A stretch of DNA of 64,000 bases, from NCBI GenBank assembly GCA_965204745.1, contig OZ242010.1, positions 1,792,001 to 1,856,000 of the forward strand, given 5' to 3'. The stretch is from Candidatus Latescibacterota bacterium. Its GTDB lineage: Bacteria > Latescibacterota > UBA2968. The translations under genes and the position numbers were made by a program. The notes under the pieces are model-generated. The model was not told the DNA's origin, did not search any database, and was given only the letters and a program-made list of their open reading frames with translations. Positions 1-9,747 of this stretch are shown here, piece by piece. Each line of letters begins with the position of its first letter. Position 1 is the stretch's first letter.

Positions 1-678
1 GTGCAGAGAAAGCGCGAACTCGGCGTTTGCATCGCAACAGACGCCCGCGAGGTCATCGCGCATCGAGACATCGTGGTGCTGGGCATCAAGCCGCAAGCGT
101 GGGAACAAAGCGTCTCGGGATTTCGGGATTTGTTGCGTGCGGATCAACTGATCATCTCGTTCATGGCAGGCGTGCGGATCGCGGCATTAGAAGCGGCCCT
201 CGGCCCCTTGCCCATCATCCGCGCAATGCCCAACTTGCTCGCGCAGATCTGCGCCGCGGGTTCCGGGCTGTGCGCGGGCACGCATGCGGGAGACGATCAC
301 CTGCGCTTGGCACTCGCGCTGTTCAACGCGGTCGGCACGGCGGTCGTCGTCACGGAATCGCAGCTGGACGCCGTCACCGGGCTTGCGGGCAGCGGGCCTG
401 GGTATGTGTACGCCATCATCGACGCGTTGGCAGATGGGGGCGTGCGTTCTGGGTTGTCCAAAGACATGGCACTCGCGCTTGCAACGCAAACCGCGTTGGG
501 CGCGGCATCGATGGTCATAGAAACCGGGGAACATCCGGCGCTGTTGAAAGATCGGGTCGCGTCGCCCGGTGGCACGACGATAGCGGGGTTGCACGCCTTA
601 GAGCGGGGCGGGATGCGCGCCGCGGTGATGGACGCTGTTTTGGCTGCGACAGAACGGTCAAAGGCACTGGGGGAATGA
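1..678 (+). CDS. proC: pyrroline-5-carboxylate reductase (5' truncated by window edge)
   Basis: RAMPN, TGLAGSGPGY and VASPGGTT motifs typical of ProC. Confidence 0.95.
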   Translation: MQRKRELGVCIATDAREVIAHRDIVVLGIKPQAWEQSVSGFRDLLRADQLIISFMAGVRIAALEAALGPLPIIRAMPNLLAQICAAGSGLCAGTHAGDDHLRLALALFNAVGTAVVVTESQLDAVTGLAGSGPGYVYAIIDALADGGVRSGLSKDMALALATQTALGAASMVIETGEHPALLKDRVASPGGTTIAGLHALERGGMRAAVMDAVLAATERSKALGE

Positions 679-1280
679 TGATCGCGATAGTAGATTACGG
701 AATGGGAAATTTGCGGAGCGTTCAAAAGGCATTTGAACACCTCGGCGCGAAAGCCGCGATTGTGCATCGGCCCGAAGAGATCGACCATGCGGATCGCGTG
801 GTGCTGCCCGGGGTGGGCGCGTTTGGCGATGCCATGGACAACCTGAAAGCAACGGGATTGATCGCTCCCATCGTAAAAGCCATCGCTGAGGGTCGTCCGT
901 TTTTGGGAATATGTTTGGGCTTGCAACTGATGTTTGCCGAAAGCGAAGAGATGGGGCAACATCGGGGGTTGGGCATTTTGCCGGGCAGGGTGAGGCGTTT
1001 TCCCAATGGGCAGCGCGTTCCGCAAATTGGCTGGAACGAAGTGAGGATCCGGCGCGAGACCGCCCTGTTGGACGGCGTGCCCGATGGGTCGTATTTTTAT
1101 TTTGTGCATTCTTTTTTCGTGGCCTCTGACCGCGATGCCGATGTGATCGGCACAACGGATTACGGGATCGATTACGCGTCGATAGCCGGAGGTGGTCGGG
1201 CTTTTGGCGTGCAATTTCACCCGGAGAAAAGTCAGGATGCCGGGTTGAAAATTTTGAAAAATTTTGCGGAGAAGGTGTAG
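675..1280 (+). CDS. hisH: imidazole glycerol phosphate synthase, glutaminase subunit
   Basis: IVDYGMGN, PGVGAF, GICLG, QFHPEKS; ATG overlaps the proC stop (start 675 or 678). Confidence 0.97.
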   Translation: MMIAIVDYGMGNLRSVQKAFEHLGAKAAIVHRPEEIDHADRVVLPGVGAFGDAMDNLKATGLIAPIVKAIAEGRPFLGICLGLQLMFAESEEMGQHRGLGILPGRVRRFPNGQRVPQIGWNEVRIRRETALLDGVPDGSYFYFVHSFFVASDRDADVIGTTDYGIDYASIAGGGRAFGVQFHPEKSQDAGLKILKNFAEKV

Positions 1281-1281
1281 G

Positions 1282-2079
1282 GTGTTGGCAAAGCGAATCA
1301 TTCCGTGTTTGGACGTGAAAAACGGGCGCAATGTGCGCGGGGTCAGGTTTTCGGCGGATAAAGACGCAGGCGACCCCATCGCGTTGGCGCGGCGATACGA
1401 CCGCGAAGGTGCCGACGAACTGGTGTTTTACGATATTACCGCGTCAGCGGAAAAGCGCGAGATCGTGGGCGAACTCGTGCGGCGCGTGTCCGAAGAGGTG
1501 TTCATCCCCTTTACGGTTGGCGGGGGCGTTCGCACCTATCGCGATATTCGCACCATTATCGAAGGGGGCGCGGAAAAAGCGTCGATCAATTCGGCGGCCA
1601 TCCACGCGCCCGAGATCATCACGCACGGGGCCGAAAGTTTTGGGTCGCAGGCCATCGTGGGATCCATTGACGCGATTCGGCGACCGAGTTCCGATCACGG
1701 GTCAGAACCGCGCTGGGAGGTGGTCATCGATGGCGGGCGCACTCCTACCGGCAGAGACGCCCTCGAATGGGCAGAAGAACTGGTGGATCGCGGCGCGGGC
1801 GAATTGGTGCTGAACAGCATTGACGCGGACGGGACACAAGCGGGATACGATATCGACCTGAACCGCATGGTCGCCGAGCGCGTGGATGTGCCTATCGTGG
1901 CGTCTGGCGGCGCGGGCGGCCCGGAAGATATGTATGCCGTGTTGTCCAAAGGCGAGGCGAGTGCCGCGCTGGCCGCGTCCATTTTTCACTACGAGCAATA
2001 CAGCATCGCGGAAGTCAAAACCTATCTCGCGGAACGCGGGGTGCCAGTGCGCCCGAAAATTGAAATTGATTTGACATGA
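1282..2079 (+). CDS. hisF: imidazole glycerol phosphate synthase, cyclase subunit
   Basis: LAKRIIPCLDV, FYDITAS, SIDADGT, ASGGAG, ALAASIFH; GTG start. Confidence 0.97.
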   Translation: MLAKRIIPCLDVKNGRNVRGVRFSADKDAGDPIALARRYDREGADELVFYDITASAEKREIVGELVRRVSEEVFIPFTVGGGVRTYRDIRTIIEGGAEKASINSAAIHAPEIITHGAESFGSQAIVGSIDAIRRPSSDHGSEPRWEVVIDGGRTPTGRDALEWAEELVDRGAGELVLNSIDADGTQAGYDIDLNRMVAERVDVPIVASGGAGGPEDMYAVLSKGEASAALAASIFHYEQYSIAEVKTYLAERGVPVRPKIEIDLT

Positions 2080-2087
2080 GATGCGGT

Positions 2088-2190
2088 AAAGGCATAAAAG
2101 CCACAAAAGGCATGAAAGCCACAAAAGGCACAAAAGGCACAAAAGGGGTACAACTGGCGATAGCCAGTTCAAAGGCATGAGCGGGGTACG
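2088..2190. repeat. 9-bp AAAGGCACA-type run plus one copy of palindromic repeat R1
   Basis: GGGGTACAACTGGCGATAGCCAGTTCAAAGG, same unit as the 49459 array. Confidence 0.85.
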
Positions 2191-2201
2191 AGTTCAATAA
2201 G

Positions 2202-2450
2202 ATCGGGACCTACCCCCCTAACCCCCGTTACTCGCTACGCTTCGTTGTAGGCTACGCCTGTGCCTGCGAGGAAGGGGGGAACTGTGAGCGGTTTTGCGAG
2301 GGGATTGATGAGGGGTTTTAATCGCTTTATGCCCTCGGTCAACGCCATCAGAGCAACTAGAGCGAGAAGCCATCAAAGGAGCTTTACTCCCCTTTCCTTG
2401 TAGGAAAGGGGCCGGGGGATAGGTCCCCTCGCGCAACGCCATCAGAGCAA
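2202..2450 (+). repeat. dispersed repeat cargo A (stand-alone copy)
   Basis: near-identical to 43522-44141 and to the reverse complement of 18790-18998. Confidence 0.9.
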
Positions 2451-2549
2451 CCATCATCCCTGCGATGAGGCAGGATACGGGCAACTTAAAAGCAAATTGG
2501 TATAAGCAGTCAGGGATCAACTCCTGTCTAACATCCATCAAAAAGTAAA

Positions 2550-3698
2550 ATGCAAAAAACAAAAACAATAAATCGCATAGCCCTATTCGACAATGTGCGG
2601 CGGGTGGTCGTGAAATTAGGCACGCGGGTCGTAACCGCGCACGGCAACGCATTGAATCTCGCCGTGATCGACCGCTTGGCCGCCGACGTGGCCTGCCTGA
2701 GAAATCGCGGTGTGGAGGTGGCTATCGTGACCTCGGGCGCGGTCGGCGCGGGCATGGGCCGCTTGGGATTGGCGCATCGGCCCAGGCGGTTGCCCGAGTT
2801 GCAGGCCACTGCCGCGGTCGGGCAAGGGCTGGTGATGGATGCGTACAAACGGGCGTTTGAAACGCATGATATGGCCGTGGGGCAGGTGTTGTTGACGTCG
2901 GATGATTTGGACAATCGCACGCGCTACGTGAACGCGCGCAACACTTTGGACCAACTGTTTCGGTATGGGGGCGTGCCCGTTGTCAATGAGAACGACAGCG
3001 TGGCTGTGGAAGAATTGCAACTGTCCGTCGGCGAAAACGACCGCCTCTCCGCGCTGGTGTCGCATCTCTTGGACGCGGACATGCTGGTGTTGTTGACCGA
3101 CGTGGATGGGTTGTTTTCGAGCGATCCGGCCAAAGACCCGCACGCGCAACTGATCCGGTTCGCACGCGGCGTGCCCCAAAAATTCCACGCACTCGTGGGC
3201 GCATCGGGCAACGCGATGGGGCGCGGGGGCATGCGGACCAAACTCCGAGCCGCCGAGGCCGTGTTGCAAGGCGGGCAAATGGCGCTGATAGCGAATGGTT
3301 GCACCACTGGCGTGCGCGACATTTTGGACGGCGCGGATCGCGGCACCCTCTTCGTACCGCATGATCGCAGCCTGAACAGCAAAGCCCTGTGGTTGGCGCA
3401 TTCCCGCAAGCGCGGGGGCGTGGTGGTGGATGATGGCGCGGTTGCCGCCTTGACCGATAGGGGCAAGAGCCTGCTGTCTTCGGGCATTGTCCGCGTGATC
3501 GGCAGTTTTGAAGTCGGCGAACTCATCGGCGTTGAAACCGAACAGCGCGTTGAAATCGCGCGCGGCTTGACCCGATTCGCCGCGGTTGACGTGCAACGCA
3601 TCCGCGGCAAAAAAACCCCAGAAATCGCCCAAATCCTCGAGATCGCCAGCGGTGCGGTGGTGATTCATAGAGATGATATGGTGGTTGTGAAAAAGTGA
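2550..3698 (+). CDS. proB: glutamate 5-kinase with PUA domain
   Basis: VVKLGT, TSGAV, NENDSV, GGMRTKL, GKSLL, IHRDDM. Confidence 0.96.
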   Translation: MQKTKTINRIALFDNVRRVVVKLGTRVVTAHGNALNLAVIDRLAADVACLRNRGVEVAIVTSGAVGAGMGRLGLAHRPRRLPELQATAAVGQGLVMDAYKRAFETHDMAVGQVLLTSDDLDNRTRYVNARNTLDQLFRYGGVPVVNENDSVAVEELQLSVGENDRLSALVSHLLDADMLVLLTDVDGLFSSDPAKDPHAQLIRFARGVPQKFHALVGASGNAMGRGGMRTKLRAAEAVLQGGQMALIANGCTTGVRDILDGADRGTLFVPHDRSLNSKALWLAHSRKRGGVVVDDGAVAALTDRGKSLLSSGIVRVIGSFEVGELIGVETEQRVEIARGLTRFAAVDVQRIRGKKTPEIAQILEIASGAVVIHRDDMVVVKK

Positions 3699-3723
3699 GA
3701 TACTCTCTCACGGAGGTTCTACC

Positions 3724-4071
3724 ATGCGTGCATTTTATCGTGGACACAGCACGGTGTTGCCGGGAAGTGCCCGTCAACGCCTGAACAAATTTTTGATCTT
3801 CGCGCCAATCTTATGCTCGTTGTATCTGTGCGTTGCAGGCGACAGCGGTTTTTTTCAACTCGTGATGCGCGAACAACAGATCGCCGCGTTGGAACAGGAG
3901 ATCGCCAGCATCCGCCAGCAAAATGCGGACTTGGAGCGCGAGGCCGCCTTGGTGGAAAACAATTTGGGCGAAATTGAACGCATCGCCCGAGAACGCTATG
4001 GCATGGTGTATCCGAATGAATCGGTTTATATGATCTATCCCAAGCCCCCCACAGAATTGGAGAAGCCGTGA
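3724..4071 (+). CDS. ftsB: septum formation initiator (FtsB/DivIC family)
   Basis: single TM helix, coiled coil, IERIARERYGMVYPNE. Confidence 0.85.
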   Translation: MRAFYRGHSTVLPGSARQRLNKFLIFAPILCSLYLCVAGDSGFFQLVMREQQIAALEQEIASIRQQNADLEREAALVENNLGEIERIARERYGMVYPNESVYMIYPKPPTELEKP

Positions 4072-4865
4072 TTTGCCAGACCGATGGCTTGGTGTTGCGC
4101 GGGTTTCGCATGAGCGAAAGTAGCAAGGTCGCGGTGATCTTTTCCCGCGAGTACGGCAAGGTGCGATTGGCGGCCCGAGGCGTGCGACGGCCCAAGAGCA
4201 AATTTGGCGCGAGCCTCGAATCCATGACCTGGGGTCGCTATGTGTTTTACCGGCGGGAGAATCGCGCATTGCAAACCCTGAGCGAAGGCGATATCGTCCA
4301 CTCCTTCGAGGCGGTCAAGCAACACTACGACCGCGTGGCCGCAGGCAGCGCGATATGCGAATTTCTCGATCATATCACAGAAGACGAGGACCGCAACCCG
4401 CTCTTGTTCAGCATCGCGCTAGAAGCCATGCAATGGGTGGGCAGCGTTCCGGAAATCGCATTGGATGTGCCGGTGTGGTATTTTCAAATTCGCGCGGCGG
4501 GCGCGGTGGGGTATCGGCCCCATGTGAGCGGTTGCGTTCAATGTGGTGCGCGACTTTCCGGGCCGCGCTTGGGATTTAGCCCCGTCATGGGCGGCACCCT
4601 GTGTGGCAATCACGCGAACATGGGCATGCGCGTGCGGGTCGAGACCGCGAATTTGATGGCGCAGTTGCAAGTGCGACGACCCGACCGCATCGATCTCGCG
4701 CTGTTGCGCGGCGTGGATCGCGCAGAGATAACGCGGTTGTTGCGCGCATTTTTCGACCAGCACATCGCAACGCGCTATCGCCCGAGAGCACTGGATTTTT
4801 TCAATCGCTTGCGCGCCGCCGAACAACCCGAGGCATATCGCATCAACGCAGAGAAAACCGGATGA
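4068..4865 (+). CDS. recO: DNA repair protein RecO
   Basis: N-terminal OB motif (GLVLR...ESSKV...GKVRLAARG) and CxxC zinc finger. Confidence 0.93.
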   Translation: MICQTDGLVLRGFRMSESSKVAVIFSREYGKVRLAARGVRRPKSKFGASLESMTWGRYVFYRRENRALQTLSEGDIVHSFEAVKQHYDRVAAGSAICEFLDHITEDEDRNPLLFSIALEAMQWVGSVPEIALDVPVWYFQIRAAGAVGYRPHVSGCVQCGARLSGPRLGFSPVMGGTLCGNHANMGMRVRVETANLMAQLQVRRPDRIDLALLRGVDRAEITRLLRAFFDQHIATRYRPRALDFFNRLRAAEQPEAYRINAEKTG

Positions 4866-4942
4866 GTAGGCATGTCATGCTGAGGCGGGCGAAGCGTCTT
4901 TGCTCAGCATGACGGGACATCACAAAGCGGAGCGCGTCGTTC

Positions 4943-5533
4943 ATGCATCGATTCTTACAGCGGTGGCTAGACCGCAAAAAACTCCAGTTCGTCCAACTGC
5001 GCGAGGTGTCGCTCTTTCAGAACTTGAATCGCCGCGAGTTGCAAGAGGTGGAGCAACACCTGACAGAACACACGTATTCAAAAGGCGGCGTCATTTTTGA
5101 ACAGGGCGCGGCGGGCGATGGCGTTTACGTGGTGTTGCAAGGGCGCGTGGCGGTGCTTCAGAAAGACGGGGAAGATGGCGCGCCCGCGTTGCTTTCCCAA
5201 TCCGAATCCGGATCTTTTTTTGGCGAAACCGCGCTGTTAGACGACGCGCCCCGAACCGCTGCGGCAGTGGCACGAGAAGACGTGCGATTGGCCTTTTTTT
5301 CTCGAGACGCGCTGCGGAAGTTGGCGGAACGACGCCCGCGCCTAGGCGTAAAACTCGCCAGTCAACTTTCGCAGATCATCGCCGAGCGATTGCGCCACAC
5401 CCATCGCGGTTTGCAAGTTGCCCAAGACGAATTGGCAAAACGACAGAAGCGCGCACAGGCGTCGCCTAACAACGCAACGCAGCGCGTCATAGACGAGAAA
5501 ATCAACCGACAAACAGGAGCAAAAAATGAATGA
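4943..5533 (+). CDS. cyclic nucleotide-binding domain protein
   Basis: IFEQG...YVVLQG...FFGETALL...PRTA cNMP pocket; no HTH. Confidence 0.88.
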   Translation: MHRFLQRWLDRKKLQFVQLREVSLFQNLNRRELQEVEQHLTEHTYSKGGVIFEQGAAGDGVYVVLQGRVAVLQKDGEDGAPALLSQSESGSFFGETALLDDAPRTAAAVAREDVRLAFFSRDALRKLAERRPRLGVKLASQLSQIIAERLRHTHRGLQVAQDELAKRQKRAQASPNNATQRVIDEKINRQTGAKNE

Positions 5534-6959
5534 ATCTCCTGCGAGCGGCATGCGGGCTGTGCAGATCTTGCGTATCGTGATCTTTTTCCTTTTGATCGCA
5601 GCAACGGCTTGGTTGCTCTATACCATCCGGGGCACGCTAGCCCCTTTTTTGATCGCGTTTGTGCTGTCGTATTTGTTGATGCCCTTGGTCGATTTCCTCG
5701 AGTCCTACCGCGTAAATCGCCGGATCGCCGTGGCCGGCGTTTTGCTAGCTGTTTTTGCCATCGTGATCATTCCCCTCGTCGTGGTCGCGCCCAGGATCGC
5801 ACGCGGCACAGAGGATTTGGTGCAACACATCATTGGGGATCAGGAAACATGGCTCTGTGTGGTGGAAAATCCCGGCACTATCATCGTCGCGATGGAGCGT
5901 TTTGAAAGCACCCTCGACGATTTTAAGGCAGAGGGTTTGCCCATCAAATTGATGCCCGGGGAGCGGGATACCCTGCACATGGTCTTTTCCCCACAAGAGA
6001 CGGAAACGCGGCGTGCTCTTTTGAACGTGTACGGTTCATCGGGCGGGCGAGATGGCATTATCGCGATGACACTCGTGGGGAACGACACGGCATCGGTTTC
6101 GGGCGCGGTCATTTCCGAACCCACCCAAAAGGTTCGCTTTGGCCGGTCCGAAATTTTGCTGTCGGCAACCCAACACGTTTTTGGCAGTTACAAGCCCGGC
6201 TATTTCGCATTGGTAAAATCCTATACGAAAACCCTTCGGACGAGGGTCGAAGAATGGATCCCCCTGCTCAAAGGCAATGAGGCCCTAGAAGAAATCACTG
6301 CGCGGTTTCAGATCGTGGTCACCAATTTTTTCAAGCAAATCCCCAGGTTGATCGGGCAAGTGTTGTCCGGGCTGACATTTGTCATCATCGTGCCCCTGGT
6401 TTTGTTTTTCTTTTTAGGCGAGGGGCGAGCGATCAAGCGCGCGCTCATCGAGCTGGTGCCGAATCGCTACTTTGAATTGGTCTTAAATCTCTTGTACCGC
6501 ATCGAAAAGCAACTGGGCGGCTATATCCGCGGGATGGTGTTGTCGGTGGCGATTGTCTCGTTGCTGTCCAGTTTCCTGCTCTGGCTCATCGGCCTGGAGC
6601 ATTTCTTGGTGATTGGCCTGTTCGCGGGGCTGGCCAATGTGATTCCGTATTTGGGCCCTGTGGTCGGCATTGTCGCCGGGGTGATCGCCGCCGTCTTGCA
6701 ATATTCCGCCCTGAGCGCGGGGATCATCGTTCCGGTGGTGGTCGTTTTTCTGATCGTGCAGGCCATCGACAATGTCTTCGTCGCCCCGGTGGTGGTTGCG
6801 CGCAGCGTGAATTTGCATCCCCTGCTCGTGATTTTTGCCGTGCTCGTCGGCAGCCAGTTGTTCGGCGCGGTGGGCATGTTGCTCGCCATTCCCGCAACCG
6901 CAGTGCTAAAAGTATCCGCGCAGACGATTTACGAGGGATTGCGGCGTTATTCCGCGTAA
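5526..6959 (+). CDS. AI-2E family transporter with an inserted soluble domain
   Basis: PFLIAFVLSYLLMP, NVIPYLGP, LHPLLVIFAVLVG, GMLLAIP. Confidence 0.9.
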   Translation: MNESPASGMRAVQILRIVIFFLLIAATAWLLYTIRGTLAPFLIAFVLSYLLMPLVDFLESYRVNRRIAVAGVLLAVFAIVIIPLVVVAPRIARGTEDLVQHIIGDQETWLCVVENPGTIIVAMERFESTLDDFKAEGLPIKLMPGERDTLHMVFSPQETETRRALLNVYGSSGGRDGIIAMTLVGNDTASVSGAVISEPTQKVRFGRSEILLSATQHVFGSYKPGYFALVKSYTKTLRTRVEEWIPLLKGNEALEEITARFQIVVTNFFKQIPRLIGQVLSGLTFVIIVPLVLFFFLGEGRAIKRALIELVPNRYFELVLNLLYRIEKQLGGYIRGMVLSVAIVSLLSSFLLWLIGLEHFLVIGLFAGLANVIPYLGPVVGIVAGVIAAVLQYSALSAGIIVPVVVVFLIVQAIDNVFVAPVVVARSVNLHPLLVIFAVLVGSQLFGAVGMLLAIPATAVLKVSAQTIYEGLRRYSA

Positions 6960-6975
6960 AAAGGAGTTGCACAAA

Positions 6976-9669
6976 ATGAAGAACACGGCTTTGGCGCGTG
7001 CGTACGACCCAAAAGACATCGAAAAGACATGGTATGGCTTTTGGCGGGAAAAGGGCTATTTTCGCCCCGAATTTCGGGCCGATGGGCAAGCCTTTACGGT
7101 GGCGATTCCGCCGCCCAATGTGACGGGCGAGTTGCACATGGGCCACGCGTTGCAACACGCGATCCACGACGCGATGATTCGCTACAAGCGCATGCAGGGG
7201 TTTCGCACCCTGTGTTTGCCCGGCACGGATCACGCGGGCATCGGCACGCAGATGAAGGTGGAACAAGCTATTTGGGAAACCGAAAAAAAGACCCGCCGCG
7301 AGTTGGGCCGCGAAGCCTTGCTCGAGCGGATCTGGGCGTGGCGAGAAAAATACGGCAGCACCATTTTGCGGCAGTTGCGCGACTTGGGATGCAGCTACGA
7401 CTGGTCGCGCGAGCGATTTACCATGGACGATGGCTATGTGCGCGCCGTGTTGGAAACCTTTGTGCGGTTTTACGAGCGGGGCTGGATCTATCGCGGCAAG
7501 CGCGTGGTGAACTGGTGCCCGCAGTGCGGCACGGTGATCTCAGACCTCGAAGTGGAAGAAAAAGAGATCCACAGCCACTTGTGGCACATTCGGTACCCAG
7601 GCATAGATGACGCGCCCGACGTGGTTGTGGCGACAACGCGGCCCGAGACCATGCTCGGCGATACCGGCGTGGCCGTGCATCCGTCCGACGTGCGCTGGCA
7701 ACACGCCGTGGGCCAACAAGTGATGTTGCCGCTGATGGATCGGCCCATTCCCATCGTGGCAGACGAGTACGCGGACCCGGAAATGGGCAGTGGCGCGGTG
7801 AAAGTGACGCCCGCGCACGATCCCAATGATTACGAGATCGGACAGCGTCACGGCTTGCCCGAAGTGGTGGTGATCGGCCTGGATGGCAAAATGACGGACG
7901 ACGCGGGCGCGTACGCCGGGCAGGACCGGTACGCATGCCGCAAAGCCGTGGTCCACGCGCTCGAACAGTTGGGAGCGATAGAGAAAATTGAGGATTATAC
8001 CCACGCCGTGCCGCATCACGACCGCTGCGGCACGGTGATCGAACCCATGTGCATGGAGCAGTGGTTTGTCGCCATGCGCGAGTTGGCGGACCTGATTTTG
8101 CCCCTGATGCGCGCATCCGAGATCGCGTACGTGCCGGACCGATTCCGCGCGTATTCTATCGAATGGCTGGAGAACATCCGCGATTGGTGCATTTCGCGGC
8201 AATTGTGGTGGGGGCACCGCATCCCGGTGTGGACGTGCCAAACGTGCGGCGAGGTGATGGTGCGCGTGGATCCCCCCGAAGTGTGTACCGCCTGCGGCAG
8301 CGCGGCGTTGGCGCAAGACCCGGACGTGCTCGATACGTGGTTTTCCTCGGCGCTGTGGCCCTTTGCGACCCTGGGATGGCCCGACGAAGACGCCGCGGAT
8401 TTGAAGGCGTTTCACCCCACGGATCTGATGATTACGGGCCGGGATATTTTGTACTTGTGGGTGATTCGGATGGTCATGACCGCGGTTGAGTTTGTGGGCG
8501 AGATTCCGTTTAAGACCGTGCTGGTTCACCCCACCGTGCAAACGCGAGACGGCAAGCGCATGAGCAAGTCCTTGGGCACGGGCATCGATCCGCGCGAATT
8601 GATCGACCGCTACGGCGCGGACGCCACGCGATTGTCGCTCTTGTACCAATGCGGCAGTTCGCAGGATATTCGGTTTGACGCGGACGTGAAAGACAACAAA
8701 TTGCAAAATTCGCCTATCGCGGAAATGTGCCGCAATTTTTGTAACAAAATCTGGAATGCCGCGCGCTTCGTGCATCTCAATCTGGCGGACCGCGATAGCC
8801 GCGATCCCGCGTTGCAGGCTCTGCCCGATTCCGTTGTCAATCTGGCCGACCGGTGGATTTTGAGCGCGTACCATCGCACGGTGTTGCAGGTCACACAGGC
8901 ATTGGAGGCGTATCGCTTTGACGAAGCCGCGCGCACCCTGTACGATTTTGTGTGGAGTACCTTTTGCGATTGGTACGTGGAAATGGCAAAAACGCGCCTC
9001 AATGCCGCCGATCAAAGCGCGCGCCAAACCGCGCAGTCGATTTTGTGCGTGGTGTTCGAGGGCACGCTGCGCTTGTTGCACCCCATCGCGCCCTTTATTT
9101 CCGAAGCGTTGTGGCAAACATTCCCCCGCGATGGCGAGGCGTTGATCGTCGCGCCCTGGCCCAAGTGCGACGAGGCGCGATTCGATACCGAGGCCGAGCG
9201 CGACATGGCACTCATGCAGGATGTGGTGGGCACTGTGCGTCAAATCCGAGGGGCGATGCGCGTTCCCCCCGGCAAGCGCGTGGCGGTGGCACTCAAGACC
9301 GATTCCGAGTCCGCACAGGCGATTTTGATGTCCGTTACCGGCTACGTGAAGGCATTGGCCCGGGTTGAAACCCCGACCATTGGCGCGGATATCGAACGCC
9401 CCTCCGCGTCTGCGAGTGCTGTGGTCCGCGACATAGAAATTTTCGTGCCCTTGGCCGGGGTGATCGACCTTCAGGTGGAACGCCAGCGGTTGCAAAAGGA
9501 GATCACCGGCTTGGAAAACGCGCTGATCGGCTTGGAAAGAAAATTGGGCAACCCGGGCTTTTTGAACAATGCCCCGACCCATGTGGTGGCAAAAGAGCGC
9601 GAGCGCGAGCGCGAGTACCGCGAGACCCTGTCGAAGTTGCGGGAAAACCTGTCCGCGCTCGCGGAGTGA
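6976..9669 (+). CDS. valS: valine--tRNA ligase
   Basis: PPPNVTG-LHMGH, DWCISRQLWWGH, RMSKS, C-terminal coiled coil; start 6967 or 6976. Confidence 0.98.
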   Translation: MKNTALARAYDPKDIEKTWYGFWREKGYFRPEFRADGQAFTVAIPPPNVTGELHMGHALQHAIHDAMIRYKRMQGFRTLCLPGTDHAGIGTQMKVEQAIWETEKKTRRELGREALLERIWAWREKYGSTILRQLRDLGCSYDWSRERFTMDDGYVRAVLETFVRFYERGWIYRGKRVVNWCPQCGTVISDLEVEEKEIHSHLWHIRYPGIDDAPDVVVATTRPETMLGDTGVAVHPSDVRWQHAVGQQVMLPLMDRPIPIVADEYADPEMGSGAVKVTPAHDPNDYEIGQRHGLPEVVVIGLDGKMTDDAGAYAGQDRYACRKAVVHALEQLGAIEKIEDYTHAVPHHDRCGTVIEPMCMEQWFVAMRELADLILPLMRASEIAYVPDRFRAYSIEWLENIRDWCISRQLWWGHRIPVWTCQTCGEVMVRVDPPEVCTACGSAALAQDPDVLDTWFSSALWPFATLGWPDEDAADLKAFHPTDLMITGRDILYLWVIRMVMTAVEFVGEIPFKTVLVHPTVQTRDGKRMSKSLGTGIDPRELIDRYGADATRLSLLYQCGSSQDIRFDADVKDNKLQNSPIAEMCRNFCNKIWNAARFVHLNLADRDSRDPALQALPDSVVNLADRWILSAYHRTVLQVTQALEAYRFDEAARTLYDFVWSTFCDWYVEMAKTRLNAADQSARQTAQSILCVVFEGTLRLLHPIAPFISEALWQTFPRDGEALIVAPWPKCDEARFDTEAERDMALMQDVVGTVRQIRGAMRVPPGKRVAVALKTDSESAQAILMSVTGYVKALARVETPTIGADIERPSASASAVVRDIEIFVPLAGVIDLQVERQRLQKEITGLENALIGLERKLGNPGFLNNAPTHVVAKEREREREYRETLSKLRENLSALAE

Positions 9670-9747
9670 AGAAGCGAGGGCGTAAGGGCGTAAGGGCATA
9701 AAATTTTACGCCCTTACATTTGTAGGTCTAAAGGATCGGAGATTGTT

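Noticed and set aside
27-674. Long N-terminal extension of HisH
   Set aside because: It is an alternative frame of proC; the real start is at 675 or 678.
4873-4913. GTCATGCTGAG..CTCAGCATGAC hairpin as an RNA gene
   Set aside because: Single short hairpin, most likely a repeat remnant or terminator.
8550-8575. RMSKS instead of KMSKS in ValS
   Set aside because: Conservative variant with the catalytic second lysine retained.
7540-9699. 719-aa antisense ORF and other long shadow ORFs
   Set aside because: Typical antisense frames of GC-rich genes such as valS.
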